Translations under genes and position numbers: made by a program
Assembly (NCBI GenBank): GCA_964572255.1
Contig: CAZNEE010000001.1
Span: forward strand, 203,587-267,586
Direction: 5' to 3'
DNA length: 64,000 nt
Origin: an uncultured Planctomycetia bacterium
GTDB taxonomy: Bacteria; Omnitrophota; Gorgyraeia; Tantalellales; Tantalellaceae
Part shown: one piece after another, positions 28,652-38,567 of the stretch
How positions within the stretch are numbered: position 1 is the first letter of the stretch
Layout: the number at the start of each line of letters is the position of its first letter
Notes under the pieces: generated by a model
What the model was told of the DNA's origin: nothing
Database searches by the model: none
Seen by the model: only the letters and a program-made list of their open reading frames with translations

Positions 28652-30085
28652 ATGACTCCTTTTACTAAAAGGAACTTCCTTATACCCATTACGGCCGTAT
28701 CGTTCATCTGCCTCTTATACGGCCTTATACATTTTGTTCCCACGCTGCAGAAGAGCGTGCAGCATCTTGAGTTCATAGCTATCAGCTTCATGATACTCTT
28801 AAGCCTGGTAGTGATGTTCTTCTGGATCACTTTAGGGACATTTATCGGACTTCTGTCTTTTTTGATAACCATGATATTCATTTACAGGCACATAATGGAT
28901 CTGAACCCGTATTATTACAGTGTTCTCATCCTGGCGTTTTTCATCTCAAGTTTTATCGGGAATCATATACACAGAAGTATTAACAGGCTTAATCAGAAAT
29001 ATACCGTTACTTCGGAAAAGATCTACGAGGATACGAACCTTATAAAGAATCACCTGAAGAACAGAAAAGCCGAAATATCGGCGATGGAGATGAAGATAGA
29101 CAGTCTCATGGAAATAAAAGACCTTGCGGATAAATTAAGCTCTCTTTTATCTGTTGATGAAGTTGTTAAGAATGTTGCTGAGAAGACTTTTGAGATCTTC
29201 AAGGGGAATGCCAGGGTGGTGCTGTATCTTATTGATAACAAGAATAACGAGCTTAATCTTTCATATACGATAAAAGATGATAATCGCCAGACGATCGCGA
29301 TGAAAAAAGGCGGCATACTTGATAGGTGGGTAGTTAAAAACATGAAGAATCTGCTTGTAAGGGACATCAGGAAAGATTTCAGGTTTTCTGTCGATGAAGA
29401 AGAGAGAGAAGAAGACTTTGTTTCGCTGATAAGTAAGCCGCTGGTAAGTGAAAGCAATCTCACGGGAATATTACGCGTGGACAATTCGGAAGAGTCGGTA
29501 TTCGACCAGCACGAGCTCAGGATACTTGATATTATTGGGGAACTTGCGGCGGTTGCGCTGGAAAACGCGAAATTGTACCGCCAGACCGAGGAACTTGCCA
29601 TAAGGGACAGTTTAACCGGTCTTTACGTGCATAGATATTTCATGGAACGTTTGGAAGAGGAGGTCAAAAGGGCTCTTAGAAGCAGCAGCACATTTGCTTT
29701 ACTCATGCTGGATATAGATAATTTCAAGGAATTCAACGATAAACACGGCCATATAGCCGGCGATCTGGCTCTTAAAAATATCGGGAAGATACTCATGTCA
29801 AAAGCTTCAGCCGGGGATATAGTGTGCAGGTACGGCGGGGAAGAGTTTGCGTTTATTATCCTCAACTGCACCAAGAAGAAGGCCTTGGAATTGGCTCACC
29901 AGATAAGAAAAGAGATCCAGGAAAGTTCCGTACTGCTCCGCCGCCAGAAAAAATTTGTGACTATATCTATCGGGGTCGCGATGTTTCCTGCTGACGCAAA
30001 ACTGAAAGATGACGTCATAATGGAAGCGGATAAGTTTCTTTACCAAGCCAAGGCAAAAGGGAAAAATACGGTATGCTCAAAGTAA
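28652..30085 (+). CDS. Membrane-anchored GAF-GGDEF diguanylate cyclase
   Basis: N-terminal TM helices, coiled coil, GAF, DSLTGL, DIDNFK and RYGGEEF; I-site degenerate (SAGD). Confidence 0.9.
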   Translation: MTPFTKRNFLIPITAVSFICLLYGLIHFVPTLQKSVQHLEFIAISFMILLSLVVMFFWITLGTFIGLLSFLITMIFIYRHIMDLNPYYYSVLILAFFISSFIGNHIHRSINRLNQKYTVTSEKIYEDTNLIKNHLKNRKAEISAMEMKIDSLMEIKDLADKLSSLLSVDEVVKNVAEKTFEIFKGNARVVLYLIDNKNNELNLSYTIKDDNRQTIAMKKGGILDRWVVKNMKNLLVRDIRKDFRFSVDEEEREEDFVSLISKPLVSESNLTGILRVDNSEESVFDQHELRILDIIGELAAVALENAKLYRQTEELAIRDSLTGLYVHRYFMERLEEEVKRALRSSSTFALLMLDIDNFKEFNDKHGHIAGDLALKNIGKILMSKASAGDIVCRYGGEEFAFIILNCTKKKALELAHQIRKEIQESSVLLRRQKKFVTISIGVAMFPADAKLKDDVIMEADKFLYQAKAKGKNTVCSK

Positions 30086-31455
30086 GACCTTTTATTCTGT
30101 TTACGATAAACATATTTTTAATGCTGCTTAGCTGGATATTCTATAAATTCCCGCAAGGGGATGAGTATCTGGTCATTTTTTCCATACCGCTGCTTTGCAT
30201 GATGGCGCCTCATATATTGAGCGTGCGCCTTATTTTTGTCATGCTTGCCGCAAACCTTGCTTTCTTTATATTTTATCTCGCCTTGGGCGCTTTGAACGTA
30301 ATAGACATAGTTGTCCTGTTTTCGCTTTTGGCGATCATTACGGGAGGCAGTTTTTTTGCGAAGGTCCTTCTTGGGTATTTCAATTCATACCAGGAGGCGA
30401 ATGTTTCCGAGAAGAAAAAAGAATACAACAGAATAGTTGATCAGCTTGAAGAAGTTGACAGGAACGGCAGAGGTATCGAACGAGAATTGAACCGTATAAC
30501 CCGTCTTTATGAAGTTACAAAACAGCTTGCGCCTACATTAAAATTTGATGAACTTTTGGACGCACTATTCGATCTTCTGGAGGAAAACTTCCGTTTTGAT
30601 GTCGCGCACCTGCTTACTTTCAACAAGGGCGAGTTTTCCAGGGGCATATCAAAAAGCATCGGCGCGGAGGATTATTATAAAGAGAGGGAAACTACATTAG
30701 ATTATTCCGGGGTTGTGGATTATATCAAAAAACACAGCTTGAGACCTGTCTTTGTGGAACGGCAAAATGAAAAGAGACTGTTCGAGGGGCTGAACATACG
30801 TTCCGGGACTTTTCTTGCGTATCCTCTTTTTCTGGGAGATACAATAACAGCCATTCTTGCGATAGAGGGCGCTTCCGAATCGAGCTATGAAAGGCTTCGG
30901 ATCCTTATACCGCAGGTTGTGCTGGAACTTCGAAAAGTCGGTTTGTACGAACAGGTGCAGGAGCTATCGATCCTTGATGGCCTTACGGAAGTATACCTGA
31001 GACGTTATTTGATGCTGCGCTTGGAAGAAGAAGTCGACCGCGCGCAGCGTTTGGATCTGACATTTTCGATCGCCATGATCGATATAGATCACTTCAAGCA
31101 ATGCAATGACACATACGGACACATGGTGGGCGATGCCGTGCTTAGAATTATAGCGGAGAGATTAAAGGATTCCGTGCGGGAAGTGGACATGATCTCACGG
31201 TACGGCGGAGAAGAGTTCTGTGTTATTCTTCCCGAAACAGAGAAAAAACTGGCGGTAACCGTAGCAGAACGTTTACGCAGCTCTGTGGAATCAAAAAATG
31301 TAAAGGTTTTTGATGAAAATTTAAAGATAACTATAAGTTTGGGCGTGGCTACGTTTCCCGAAGACGGAGACACTATTGAAACGTTAATAGATAAAGCAGA
31401 TACTGCGCTTTACAAGGCGAAGAGAAAAGGCAGAAATTTAGTCTGCACGGCTTGA
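30073..31455 (+). CDS. Membrane-anchored GAF-like/GGDEF diguanylate cyclase
   Basis: TM helices, DGLTE, DIDHFK, REVD I-site and RYGGEEF. Confidence 0.9.
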   Translation: MLKVRPFILFTINIFLMLLSWIFYKFPQGDEYLVIFSIPLLCMMAPHILSVRLIFVMLAANLAFFIFYLALGALNVIDIVVLFSLLAIITGGSFFAKVLLGYFNSYQEANVSEKKKEYNRIVDQLEEVDRNGRGIERELNRITRLYEVTKQLAPTLKFDELLDALFDLLEENFRFDVAHLLTFNKGEFSRGISKSIGAEDYYKERETTLDYSGVVDYIKKHSLRPVFVERQNEKRLFEGLNIRSGTFLAYPLFLGDTITAILAIEGASESSYERLRILIPQVVLELRKVGLYEQVQELSILDGLTEVYLRRYLMLRLEEEVDRAQRLDLTFSIAMIDIDHFKQCNDTYGHMVGDAVLRIIAERLKDSVREVDMISRYGGEEFCVILPETEKKLAVTVAERLRSSVESKNVKVFDENLKITISLGVATFPEDGDTIETLIDKADTALYKAKRKGRNLVCTA

Positions 31456-31485
31456 ACGCCTTAAGAACGAAGAAAGAAGGAAATA

Positions 31486-33672
31486 ATGAAAAAAATAAGC
31501 GTTTTAACGATTTTACTTGTTTTGTTCACGGCATTAATGCAAGGTCATCTTCTCGCGCAGGATGACGATATGCTTAAGCTTAAACCCGGACAGCCTATAA
31601 TCGTAGACGGTGATAAGGTTGAATATTTTGAAACTCAAGGCAAGATCGTTGCCGAAGGCAACGTGTCCATAACTTACGGCGATGTCAAGCTTTCATGCGA
31701 CGAGATCGAAGTTAATACAAAAACGCGTACGGCGCTTTGCCGCGGAAATGTCCGTATCGAACACGAAGAGGGAGTGCTGACCGGCGATCTTATCCAGTAT
31801 GATTTTAACAAGCAGGAAGGAAAGGTTCTGGGCGGCGAGGTTGACGCGTTCCCATGGTTCGGCCAGGCAAAAGAGACCGCTAAAGTCGGCGAAAATGAGT
31901 ATTTGTTGAGAGATGGCTTTGTGACCACTTGTGATCTTGACGAACCTCATTACCGCATCAAGGCGGGGGAGATAAGGGTTTTTCCTGACGAGAAAGTGAT
32001 AGCGAAAAATGTGACCGTCTATATCGGGAAGGTCCCGGTTCTCTGGTTCCCGTATTATTATCATCCCATTATTCAGAGCCGCGCAAAAGTGCAATTCATA
32101 CCCGGTTGGAACACTGATTGGGGGTATTTCCTTCTTTCGGCATGGAGGTTTTATATAAAAGGGAACACGAGAGTCGACGTAATAGGGGATTACCGGACGA
32201 AAAAGGGCTTTGCCGAAGGAGCGAATCTTTACTATTACATGGATGATGTCGGGCTTAAAGGGTTAGGCCAGGGTTTTTTGCGGACATATTTCATACAGCA
32301 GAACGATATAGGCACTTATGATCCTACGTCGTTCAGGGACGGGAACGATGACGTCCAGAAGAGGCAAGTGGTCCAATGGAAGCACAGGATAGATTTCGAT
32401 CCCGAAACAGTCGGTATTTTGGAGTTCAATAAATACAGCGACGAATTTGTTTTAAAAGACTATTTTTATGACGAGTACGAGGAGAACCCGGATAAAGCGC
32501 AGAATTACGCGACTATCATATCGTCAAAACGCAATTATTCTTTTCTGCTCAATGTGGAAAAACGTTTTAACGATTTTTATACAGTTACGGAAAAACTTCC
32601 CGAATTAAAACTTGATGTGCCCGATCAAAGACTGTGGGAGACGCCTCTTTACTACAGCCAGGAATCCTCGGCTACGGTGTTTAGTAAACAATATAAGGGT
32701 GAGCAGCATCCGCCTGAAAAAGTCGACAGGCTGGATACTTTTCATAAACTGTCATATGTTACCAAGATCTTCTTCCTGAACATAACACCCTTTGGCACTT
32801 TACGCGAGACATTATATACGCGCACAAAATGGGAAGGTAAAGCTGTCGGCCGTACAGCGTTCGGCGGCGGAGTGAATGTTTTTTCACGGTTTCATAGGAT
32901 ATACGATGTTACCACGAACATGATGAATATGGATATAAACGGGTTAAGGCACATTATAGTCCCGAGCGCCACGTATTTTCACACACATCAGCCTACCGTG
33001 GATAAGGATAACCTGTATCAGATGGATGATATTGACAAGCTCGAGAAAGAAAACGGAATAACATTTTCTTTGGAGAACAAACTTCAAACCAAAAGGCATG
33101 AGGGGGGAGAGTTAAGATCGGTTGATCTTGTGCGGCTTATAATGAGCACCGATTTTCTGTTCCGCATGGAAAAAGACAGGTTTAAATTTGAAAAGGAAGG
33201 CAAATTTGATAAGGTAAAGTTCGATCTTGAGCTTAACCCTTACAAGTGGTTTTATATCGATAGTGAGCTCGAGGTGCGTCCTGAGAATCAAGCGGTAAAG
33301 GCCGGAAGTGTCGAGGCGTCAATAAGGCCGTGGGACGGTTTCAGTTTCGATTTTGGTTATCGTTACGAGAAAAAAGCGCCTGATCCGCGTAATCAACTCA
33401 CATTTGATCTGTTCTACAGGTTAAACCCGAAATGGGCTGTGGGTCTTTATGAGAGATTTGATCTTCAGGACGGGGTCATAGAAGAGCAGCAGATCAGCAT
33501 AGTAAGAGACCTTCATTGCTGGGAAGTTGAATTTGTGTATGACGTAGACGGCCCCAACTTTTTTAAGGACGATTTTACCATTTGGTTCGCTTTCAAGATA
33601 AAGGCGTTCCCGGACCTTCCGATAGGATTGAGCCGGTCTTACGTCAAACATAAACCAGGAGCCAGGGAATAG
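31486..33672 (+). CDS. lptD: LPS assembly outer-membrane protein LptD
   Basis: Signal peptide, OstA-like beta-jellyroll (AEGNVSI, TTCDLDEPHY), beta-barrel-like C-terminus with RDLHCWE. Confidence 0.8.
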   Translation: MKKISVLTILLVLFTALMQGHLLAQDDDMLKLKPGQPIIVDGDKVEYFETQGKIVAEGNVSITYGDVKLSCDEIEVNTKTRTALCRGNVRIEHEEGVLTGDLIQYDFNKQEGKVLGGEVDAFPWFGQAKETAKVGENEYLLRDGFVTTCDLDEPHYRIKAGEIRVFPDEKVIAKNVTVYIGKVPVLWFPYYYHPIIQSRAKVQFIPGWNTDWGYFLLSAWRFYIKGNTRVDVIGDYRTKKGFAEGANLYYYMDDVGLKGLGQGFLRTYFIQQNDIGTYDPTSFRDGNDDVQKRQVVQWKHRIDFDPETVGILEFNKYSDEFVLKDYFYDEYEENPDKAQNYATIISSKRNYSFLLNVEKRFNDFYTVTEKLPELKLDVPDQRLWETPLYYSQESSATVFSKQYKGEQHPPEKVDRLDTFHKLSYVTKIFFLNITPFGTLRETLYTRTKWEGKAVGRTAFGGGVNVFSRFHRIYDVTTNMMNMDINGLRHIIVPSATYFHTHQPTVDKDNLYQMDDIDKLEKENGITFSLENKLQTKRHEGGELRSVDLVRLIMSTDFLFRMEKDRFKFEKEGKFDKVKFDLELNPYKWFYIDSELEVRPENQAVKAGSVEASIRPWDGFSFDFGYRYEKKAPDPRNQLTFDLFYRLNPKWAVGLYERFDLQDGVIEEQQISIVRDLHCWEVEFVYDVDGPNFFKDDFTIWFAFKIKAFPDLPIGLSRSYVKHKPGARE

Positions 33673-33680
33673 GAGAGATC

Positions 33681-34409
33681 ATGAAAGGTATAGTACTTGC
33701 CGGGGGCCTTGGAACGAGATTATACCCCCTTACAAAGATCACCAATAAACACCTTCTTCCGGTTTACAATAAACCGATGGTATATTATCCCATCATGACG
33801 CTTGTTGAAGCCGGGATAACGGATATCATGGTCGTGACAGGCGGGGATCATGCCGGCAATTTCCTTCGCCTTCTTGGGAATGGCCATGAATTCGGCTTAA
33901 AAGGGATAAATTATGCTTATCAGGAGAAAGAAGGGGGTATAGCGGAAGCTCTTAGTTTGGCGGAGTATTTTGCGGATGATGACAAGGTCGTTGTCATACT
34001 CGGAGACAACATATTCGAAAAAAGCATTAAAGAGCAGATCGAAGAATTTGCCTCCCAAACTTCCGGGGCAAAGATCCTTATAAAAGAATCGGAACGTCCC
34101 GAGAGGTTCGGCGTTGTTGAGTTCGAAGGAGATAAGGTCTCGAAAATCGTTGAAAAGCCCGAAAAACCAAAGACAAATCTTATTGTAACAGGCATCTACA
34201 TGTATGACAGCAATGTGTTTAACATAATTAAAGATCTCAAGCCGTCAGGCCGCGGAGAGCTCGAGATAACGGATGTAAATAACGCGTATCTTGCAAAAGG
34301 AGAACTTACCTATTCTAAACTTGAAGGCTGGTGGACGGATGCCGGAACGTTTGATACGCTTCTTAAAGCAAATCAGCTGGTGGCTAAAAGAGAGCAGGGC
34401 GCAATATGA
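33681..34409 (+). CDS. rmlA: Glucose-1-phosphate thymidylyltransferase (RmlA/SpsI-like)
   Basis: LAGGLGTRLYPLT, KHLLPVYNKPM and PSGRGELEITD. Confidence 0.88.
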   Translation: MKGIVLAGGLGTRLYPLTKITNKHLLPVYNKPMVYYPIMTLVEAGITDIMVVTGGDHAGNFLRLLGNGHEFGLKGINYAYQEKEGGIAEALSLAEYFADDDKVVVILGDNIFEKSIKEQIEEFASQTSGAKILIKESERPERFGVVEFEGDKVSKIVEKPEKPKTNLIVTGIYMYDSNVFNIIKDLKPSGRGELEITDVNNAYLAKGELTYSKLEGWWTDAGTFDTLLKANQLVAKREQGAI

Positions 34410-35383
34410 GACTATTAGTAACAGGCGGATGCGGATTTATAGGTTCGAATTTTATCCGCCTTATGCTCAAGAAATACAAAGATATAAGCATCCGGAATCT
34501 GGACAAGCTCACATATTGCGGGAATCCCGATAATTTAAAGGATATCGAGGATGATTCGAGGTATTCATTTATAAAAGGGGATATTTGTGACAGAAGTTCG
34601 GCCGGAGAAGCTGTAAAGGATATTGATGCGGTGGTGAATTTCGCCGCAGAATCTCATGTTGATAGGTCAATAAAATATCCGGATGAATTTTTAAGAACTA
34701 ACGTTTTAGGAGTCGAAGCACTTCTGGAGGCTTCAAGGAAAGCGAAGGTAAAAAAGTTCGTTCAAATAGGGACTGATGAGGTTTATGGAAGCGTCCCGGA
34801 AGGGTTTTCCAAAGAAGATGACTCCCTTCGGCCGAACAGCCCATATTCGGCGAGTAAAGCAGCAGGCGACCTTTTGGCGAGGTCTTTTTACATAACGTAT
34901 GGTCTTCCGGTAGTTATTGTAAGAAGTTCGAATAATTTCGGACCTTACCAATATCCTGAAAAAGCGATCCCGCTTTTCATAACAAATCTCTTAAAAGGAG
35001 AAAAAATACCTCTTTATGGTGATGGGTCAAATGTCAGGGACTGGCTTTTTGTTGAAGATAATTGCGAGGCAGTGGATCTTGTGCTCCAGAAAGGCGAACC
35101 GGGTGAAATATACAATGCGGGAGGAGGAACTCATCTTAGCAATATGGATCTCGTGAAAGATATATTGTCCATAATGGAAAAAGATATGGGTTCAGTCGAG
35201 AATGTTAAAGACAGGCCGGGACACGATAGAAGGTATGCATTAGATTCGGGGAAAATGCAAAAACTTGGCTGGAAGACAGGAACCAGCTTTAAAGATAATC
35301 TTAAAAAGACAATAGAGTGGTACAAAGATAACGAAACCTGGTGGACTTCTCTTAAGGAAAAAGCGGAAATTATAAAGTGGTAA
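34406..35383 (+). CDS. rmlB: dTDP-glucose 4,6-dehydratase
   Basis: GGCGFIGSNF, AAESHVDRSI, TDEVYG, YSASKA and DRPGHDRRY. Confidence 0.95.
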   Translation: MRLLVTGGCGFIGSNFIRLMLKKYKDISIRNLDKLTYCGNPDNLKDIEDDSRYSFIKGDICDRSSAGEAVKDIDAVVNFAAESHVDRSIKYPDEFLRTNVLGVEALLEASRKAKVKKFVQIGTDEVYGSVPEGFSKEDDSLRPNSPYSASKAAGDLLARSFYITYGLPVVIVRSSNNFGPYQYPEKAIPLFITNLLKGEKIPLYGDGSNVRDWLFVEDNCEAVDLVLQKGEPGEIYNAGGGTHLSNMDLVKDILSIMEKDMGSVENVKDRPGHDRRYALDSGKMQKLGWKTGTSFKDNLKKTIEWYKDNETWWTSLKEKAEIIKW

Positions 35384-35384
35384 A

Positions 35385-36287
35385 ATGAAGATATTGATTA
35401 CCGGCTCAAGCGGGATGCTTGGAACTGATCTTTGCCGAGTTCTGAAAGATGAACATGAAATAGCGGGAGTGGATCTTGCAGAGCCAAAAGAGACAAGCTG
35501 CGAGCCGCAAGTTTTTTACAAAGCGAGTATAAATGATCCCGGCAGGATCAAAGAGGTCTTTGATAAAGAAAACCCCGATCTTATTATACATACAGCCGCA
35601 TGGACGGATGTTGACGGATGTGAAAAGGATCCCGAGAAAGCATACATGGTGAATGTAACCGGGACACAAAATATTGTAAATGCTTTATCAGGGAAAGATA
35701 TCCCCGTTATTCTCATAAGCACGGATTTTGTTTTTAACGGCGAAAAAGGGGAACCTTATTCGGAAAGCGATCGTCCGGACCCCATCAGCGTGTACGGCAG
35801 GACTAAACTGGAGGCGGAAGAGGTTGTACAGCGGGGTCTCACGCGATATGCGATCGTAAGGACAAGCTGGCTTTTCGGGAAGAACGGCAGAAATTTTGTC
35901 GATACGATCATTGGAAAGAGCAGAGAAGAGAAACGCTTAAGAGTTGTAAGCGACCAAATAGGAAGTCCGACCCATACAATAGACCTGGCAAATGCGCTTA
36001 AAGAATTATTATTGTTTTCGAACGATTTCGGCAAAGAAATTTATCATATTGCAAATACGGGCTGGTGTTCCTGGTATGATTTCGCGCTTAAAATATTGGA
36101 AAATGTTCCCGAAATAAAAGGCACAACAGTCGAATCTATTACATCCGGTGAATTGGACAGGCCGGCGAAGAGGCCGAAATTTTCAGTTTTAGATTGTTCT
36201 AAGTTTAAGGAGAAAACAAAACACCAAATGCAGCCGTGGGAGGATGCATTAAAAGTTTATTTTAAGGAGAGAGGATTAAGGGAGTGA
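35385..36287 (+). CDS. rmlD: dTDP-4-dehydrorhamnose reductase
   Basis: GSSGMLG, AAWTDVDGCE, STDFVF, YGRTK and DQIGSPT. Confidence 0.93.
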   Translation: MKILITGSSGMLGTDLCRVLKDEHEIAGVDLAEPKETSCEPQVFYKASINDPGRIKEVFDKENPDLIIHTAAWTDVDGCEKDPEKAYMVNVTGTQNIVNALSGKDIPVILISTDFVFNGEKGEPYSESDRPDPISVYGRTKLEAEEVVQRGLTRYAIVRTSWLFGKNGRNFVDTIIGKSREEKRLRVVSDQIGSPTHTIDLANALKELLLFSNDFGKEIYHIANTGWCSWYDFALKILENVPEIKGTTVESITSGELDRPAKRPKFSVLDCSKFKEKTKHQMQPWEDALKVYFKERGLRE

Positions 36288-37597
36288 AGACGTACACGAA
36301 TTTAAAAAAGAAAATTAACAAGAAGGATGCGATCATTACGGTTATGGGGTTGGGATATGTCGGTTTGCCCATGGCTTTGCGTTTTTCGGAAAAAGGCTAT
36401 GAGGTCAATGCTTATGATACAAGCAAACACCGCATTGACCGATTAAAGAAAGGAGTAGCTTATATCAACGATGTAACACCTGACAGGATCAAGAAAGCTC
36501 TCAAAAGAAGAAATTTTCACCCCACAACAGACGCGAAAGCTCTCAATCAGGCGGATGCGATCATCATTTGCGTCCCGACACCATTAAGAAAAGTTAAAGA
36601 TCCGGACATGTCCTACATTATAAGCGCTTCAAAGACTCTCAAGGAGCAGATACGTTCCGGCCAGGTTATTATTCTGGAAAGCACGACATATCCGGGCACG
36701 ACACGTGAAGTCATTCTTCCGAGACTTGAAAAAAGCGGGCTGAAACTTGATGAGGATTTCTTCCTGGCTTTTTCACCCGAGAGGATCGATCCGGGCAATC
36801 CGAAATATGATTTCACAAATATCCCTAAAGTTCTCGGGGGGATGACAAAAAAATCAACTGAACTCGGAAAAGCGTTATATTCGAAGGCCATCAAAAGGGT
36901 GGTAGGGGTTTCCACAACGGAAGCGGCGGAAGTTACGAAATTACTTGAAAATACTTTCAGAATTGTAAATTTAGGCCTCATCAATGAATTTGCTTCACTC
37001 TGCCATAAACTTAATATTGATGTGTGGGAGGTCATCAAAGCGGCCAATACCAAACCTTTCGGTTTTATGCCGTTTTATCCGGGACCGGGGGTAGGCGGGC
37101 ACTGTATTCCGGCAGACCCCATGTATCTTTCCTGGAAGGCGCATACTATAGGGTTTGATACGAAGATGATAGATCTTGCGGCTTGGGTCAATCGCAATGT
37201 CCCGCATCATATAGTGAAGAGAGCAGAGGAGCTGCTTAAGGACCGGAAGAAAAAACTTAAAGGGGCGAAAGTTTTTGTTGTGGGCGTGACATATAAAAAG
37301 GACGTGAACGATCTGAGGGAATCACCTTCCATCGAAATAATAAAAATTCTTCAGAAGAAAAAGTGTAATGTCAGTTATCACGACCCGCTGATCCCTTATC
37401 TTAATGTACCGGGCATAAAGATGAGGTCATCCAAATTAACCCCGGCAGCGTTAAAGAAACAGGATATAGTCCTTCTAATTACCGATCACAGCGATCTGGA
37501 TTATAAGATGATAGCTAAAAGTTCTAAAATTATTTTTGATACAAGAAATATTTTTGAAGCGAACGGTATCTCCGGAGAAAATATCGTAAAGTTATAA
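36284..37597 (+). CDS. UDP-N-acetylhexosamine 6-dehydrogenase (WbpA/WecC/TviB family)
   Basis: GLGYVGLP, CVPTP, ESTTYPGTT, SPERIDPG, GPGVGGHCI and DLRESP. Confidence 0.9.
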   Translation: MKTYTNLKKKINKKDAIITVMGLGYVGLPMALRFSEKGYEVNAYDTSKHRIDRLKKGVAYINDVTPDRIKKALKRRNFHPTTDAKALNQADAIIICVPTPLRKVKDPDMSYIISASKTLKEQIRSGQVIILESTTYPGTTREVILPRLEKSGLKLDEDFFLAFSPERIDPGNPKYDFTNIPKVLGGMTKKSTELGKALYSKAIKRVVGVSTTEAAEVTKLLENTFRIVNLGLINEFASLCHKLNIDVWEVIKAANTKPFGFMPFYPGPGVGGHCIPADPMYLSWKAHTIGFDTKMIDLAAWVNRNVPHHIVKRAEELLKDRKKKLKGAKVFVVGVTYKKDVNDLRESPSIEIIKILQKKKCNVSYHDPLIPYLNVPGIKMRSSKLTPAALKKQDIVLLITDHSDLDYKMIAKSSKIIFDTRNIFEANGISGENIVKL

Positions 37598-37620
37598 AAT
37601 AAAAAGAAGAGGGGAAAAGA

Positions 37621-38562
37621 ATGAAAAAGTACTTAGTAACAGGCGGCGCGGGGTTCATAGGCTCTAATATCGTGGAAGAGCTTGTAAACCGCGGGGAAAA
37701 TGTGCGCGTACTTGATAACCTGTCTACGGGGAAGGAAGAGCACCTTACGCCTTTCATGGGAAAAATAGACTTCCAAAAAGGTGACATACGCAATGAGGAA
37801 GATACAAGAAAAGCGCTTGAAGGAATAGACTATGTCATCCATCAGGCAGCCCTTCGCAGTGTCGCAAAAAGCGTCGAACAGCCTATTCCCAATAATGATG
37901 TAAATGTCAACGGTACACTTAATGTATTAATGCTTTCAAAGGAGATGGGCATTAAAAGGGTTGTTTACGCATCTTCAAGTTCCGCTTACGGAGATGTTGA
38001 TGAGTTCCCTGAAAAGGAAACAATGACGCCAAACCCTATATCTCCGTACGCGGTAAGCAAACTCGCGGGAGAATATTACTGCCGGATGTTCAGCGCTACT
38101 TACGGCCTGGAAACGGTAAGTTTAAGGTATTTTAACGTATTTGGGCCGAGGCAGAATCCGGAATCTAAATATTCTGCCGTTATCCCTGCTTTTATCTCAC
38201 AGCTTGTGCAGGATAAACCTTGCATGATAGATGGAGACGGAGAGCAATCAAGGGACTTTACATATGTTAAAAATGTTGTGGATGCCAACCTTGCCGCATG
38301 TGAAGTTCACGGGATTTCAGGCAAGGTCTTCAATGTTGCGTGCGGGGAGAGTTATTCAGTCACGGACACTGCCGAAGGCATCAAGAAAATACTCGGCAAG
38401 GACATAGAATCTATACATGGCCCCAAAAGGCCGGGAGATGTTTTTAAAACATACGCTGATATAAGCGGACTAAGAGATGTTCTTCATGTAGAACCAAAGG
38501 TTGGTTTTTATGAAGGATTAGAAAAAACCGTAGATTGGTTTGTTAATAGCTACAAGCCCTAA
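37621..38562 (+). CDS. UDP-GlcNAc(A) 4-epimerase (WbpP/TviC-like SDR)
   Basis: GGAGFIGS, HQAALRSV, ASSSS, SPYAVSK and LRYFNVFGPRQ. Confidence 0.85.
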   Translation: MKKYLVTGGAGFIGSNIVEELVNRGENVRVLDNLSTGKEEHLTPFMGKIDFQKGDIRNEEDTRKALEGIDYVIHQAALRSVAKSVEQPIPNNDVNVNGTLNVLMLSKEMGIKRVVYASSSSAYGDVDEFPEKETMTPNPISPYAVSKLAGEYYCRMFSATYGLETVSLRYFNVFGPRQNPESKYSAVIPAFISQLVQDKPCMIDGDGEQSRDFTYVKNVVDANLAACEVHGISGKVFNVACGESYSVTDTAEGIKKILGKDIESIHGPKRPGDVFKTYADISGLRDVLHVEPKVGFYEGLEKTVDWFVNSYKP

Positions 38563-38567
38563 CAACT

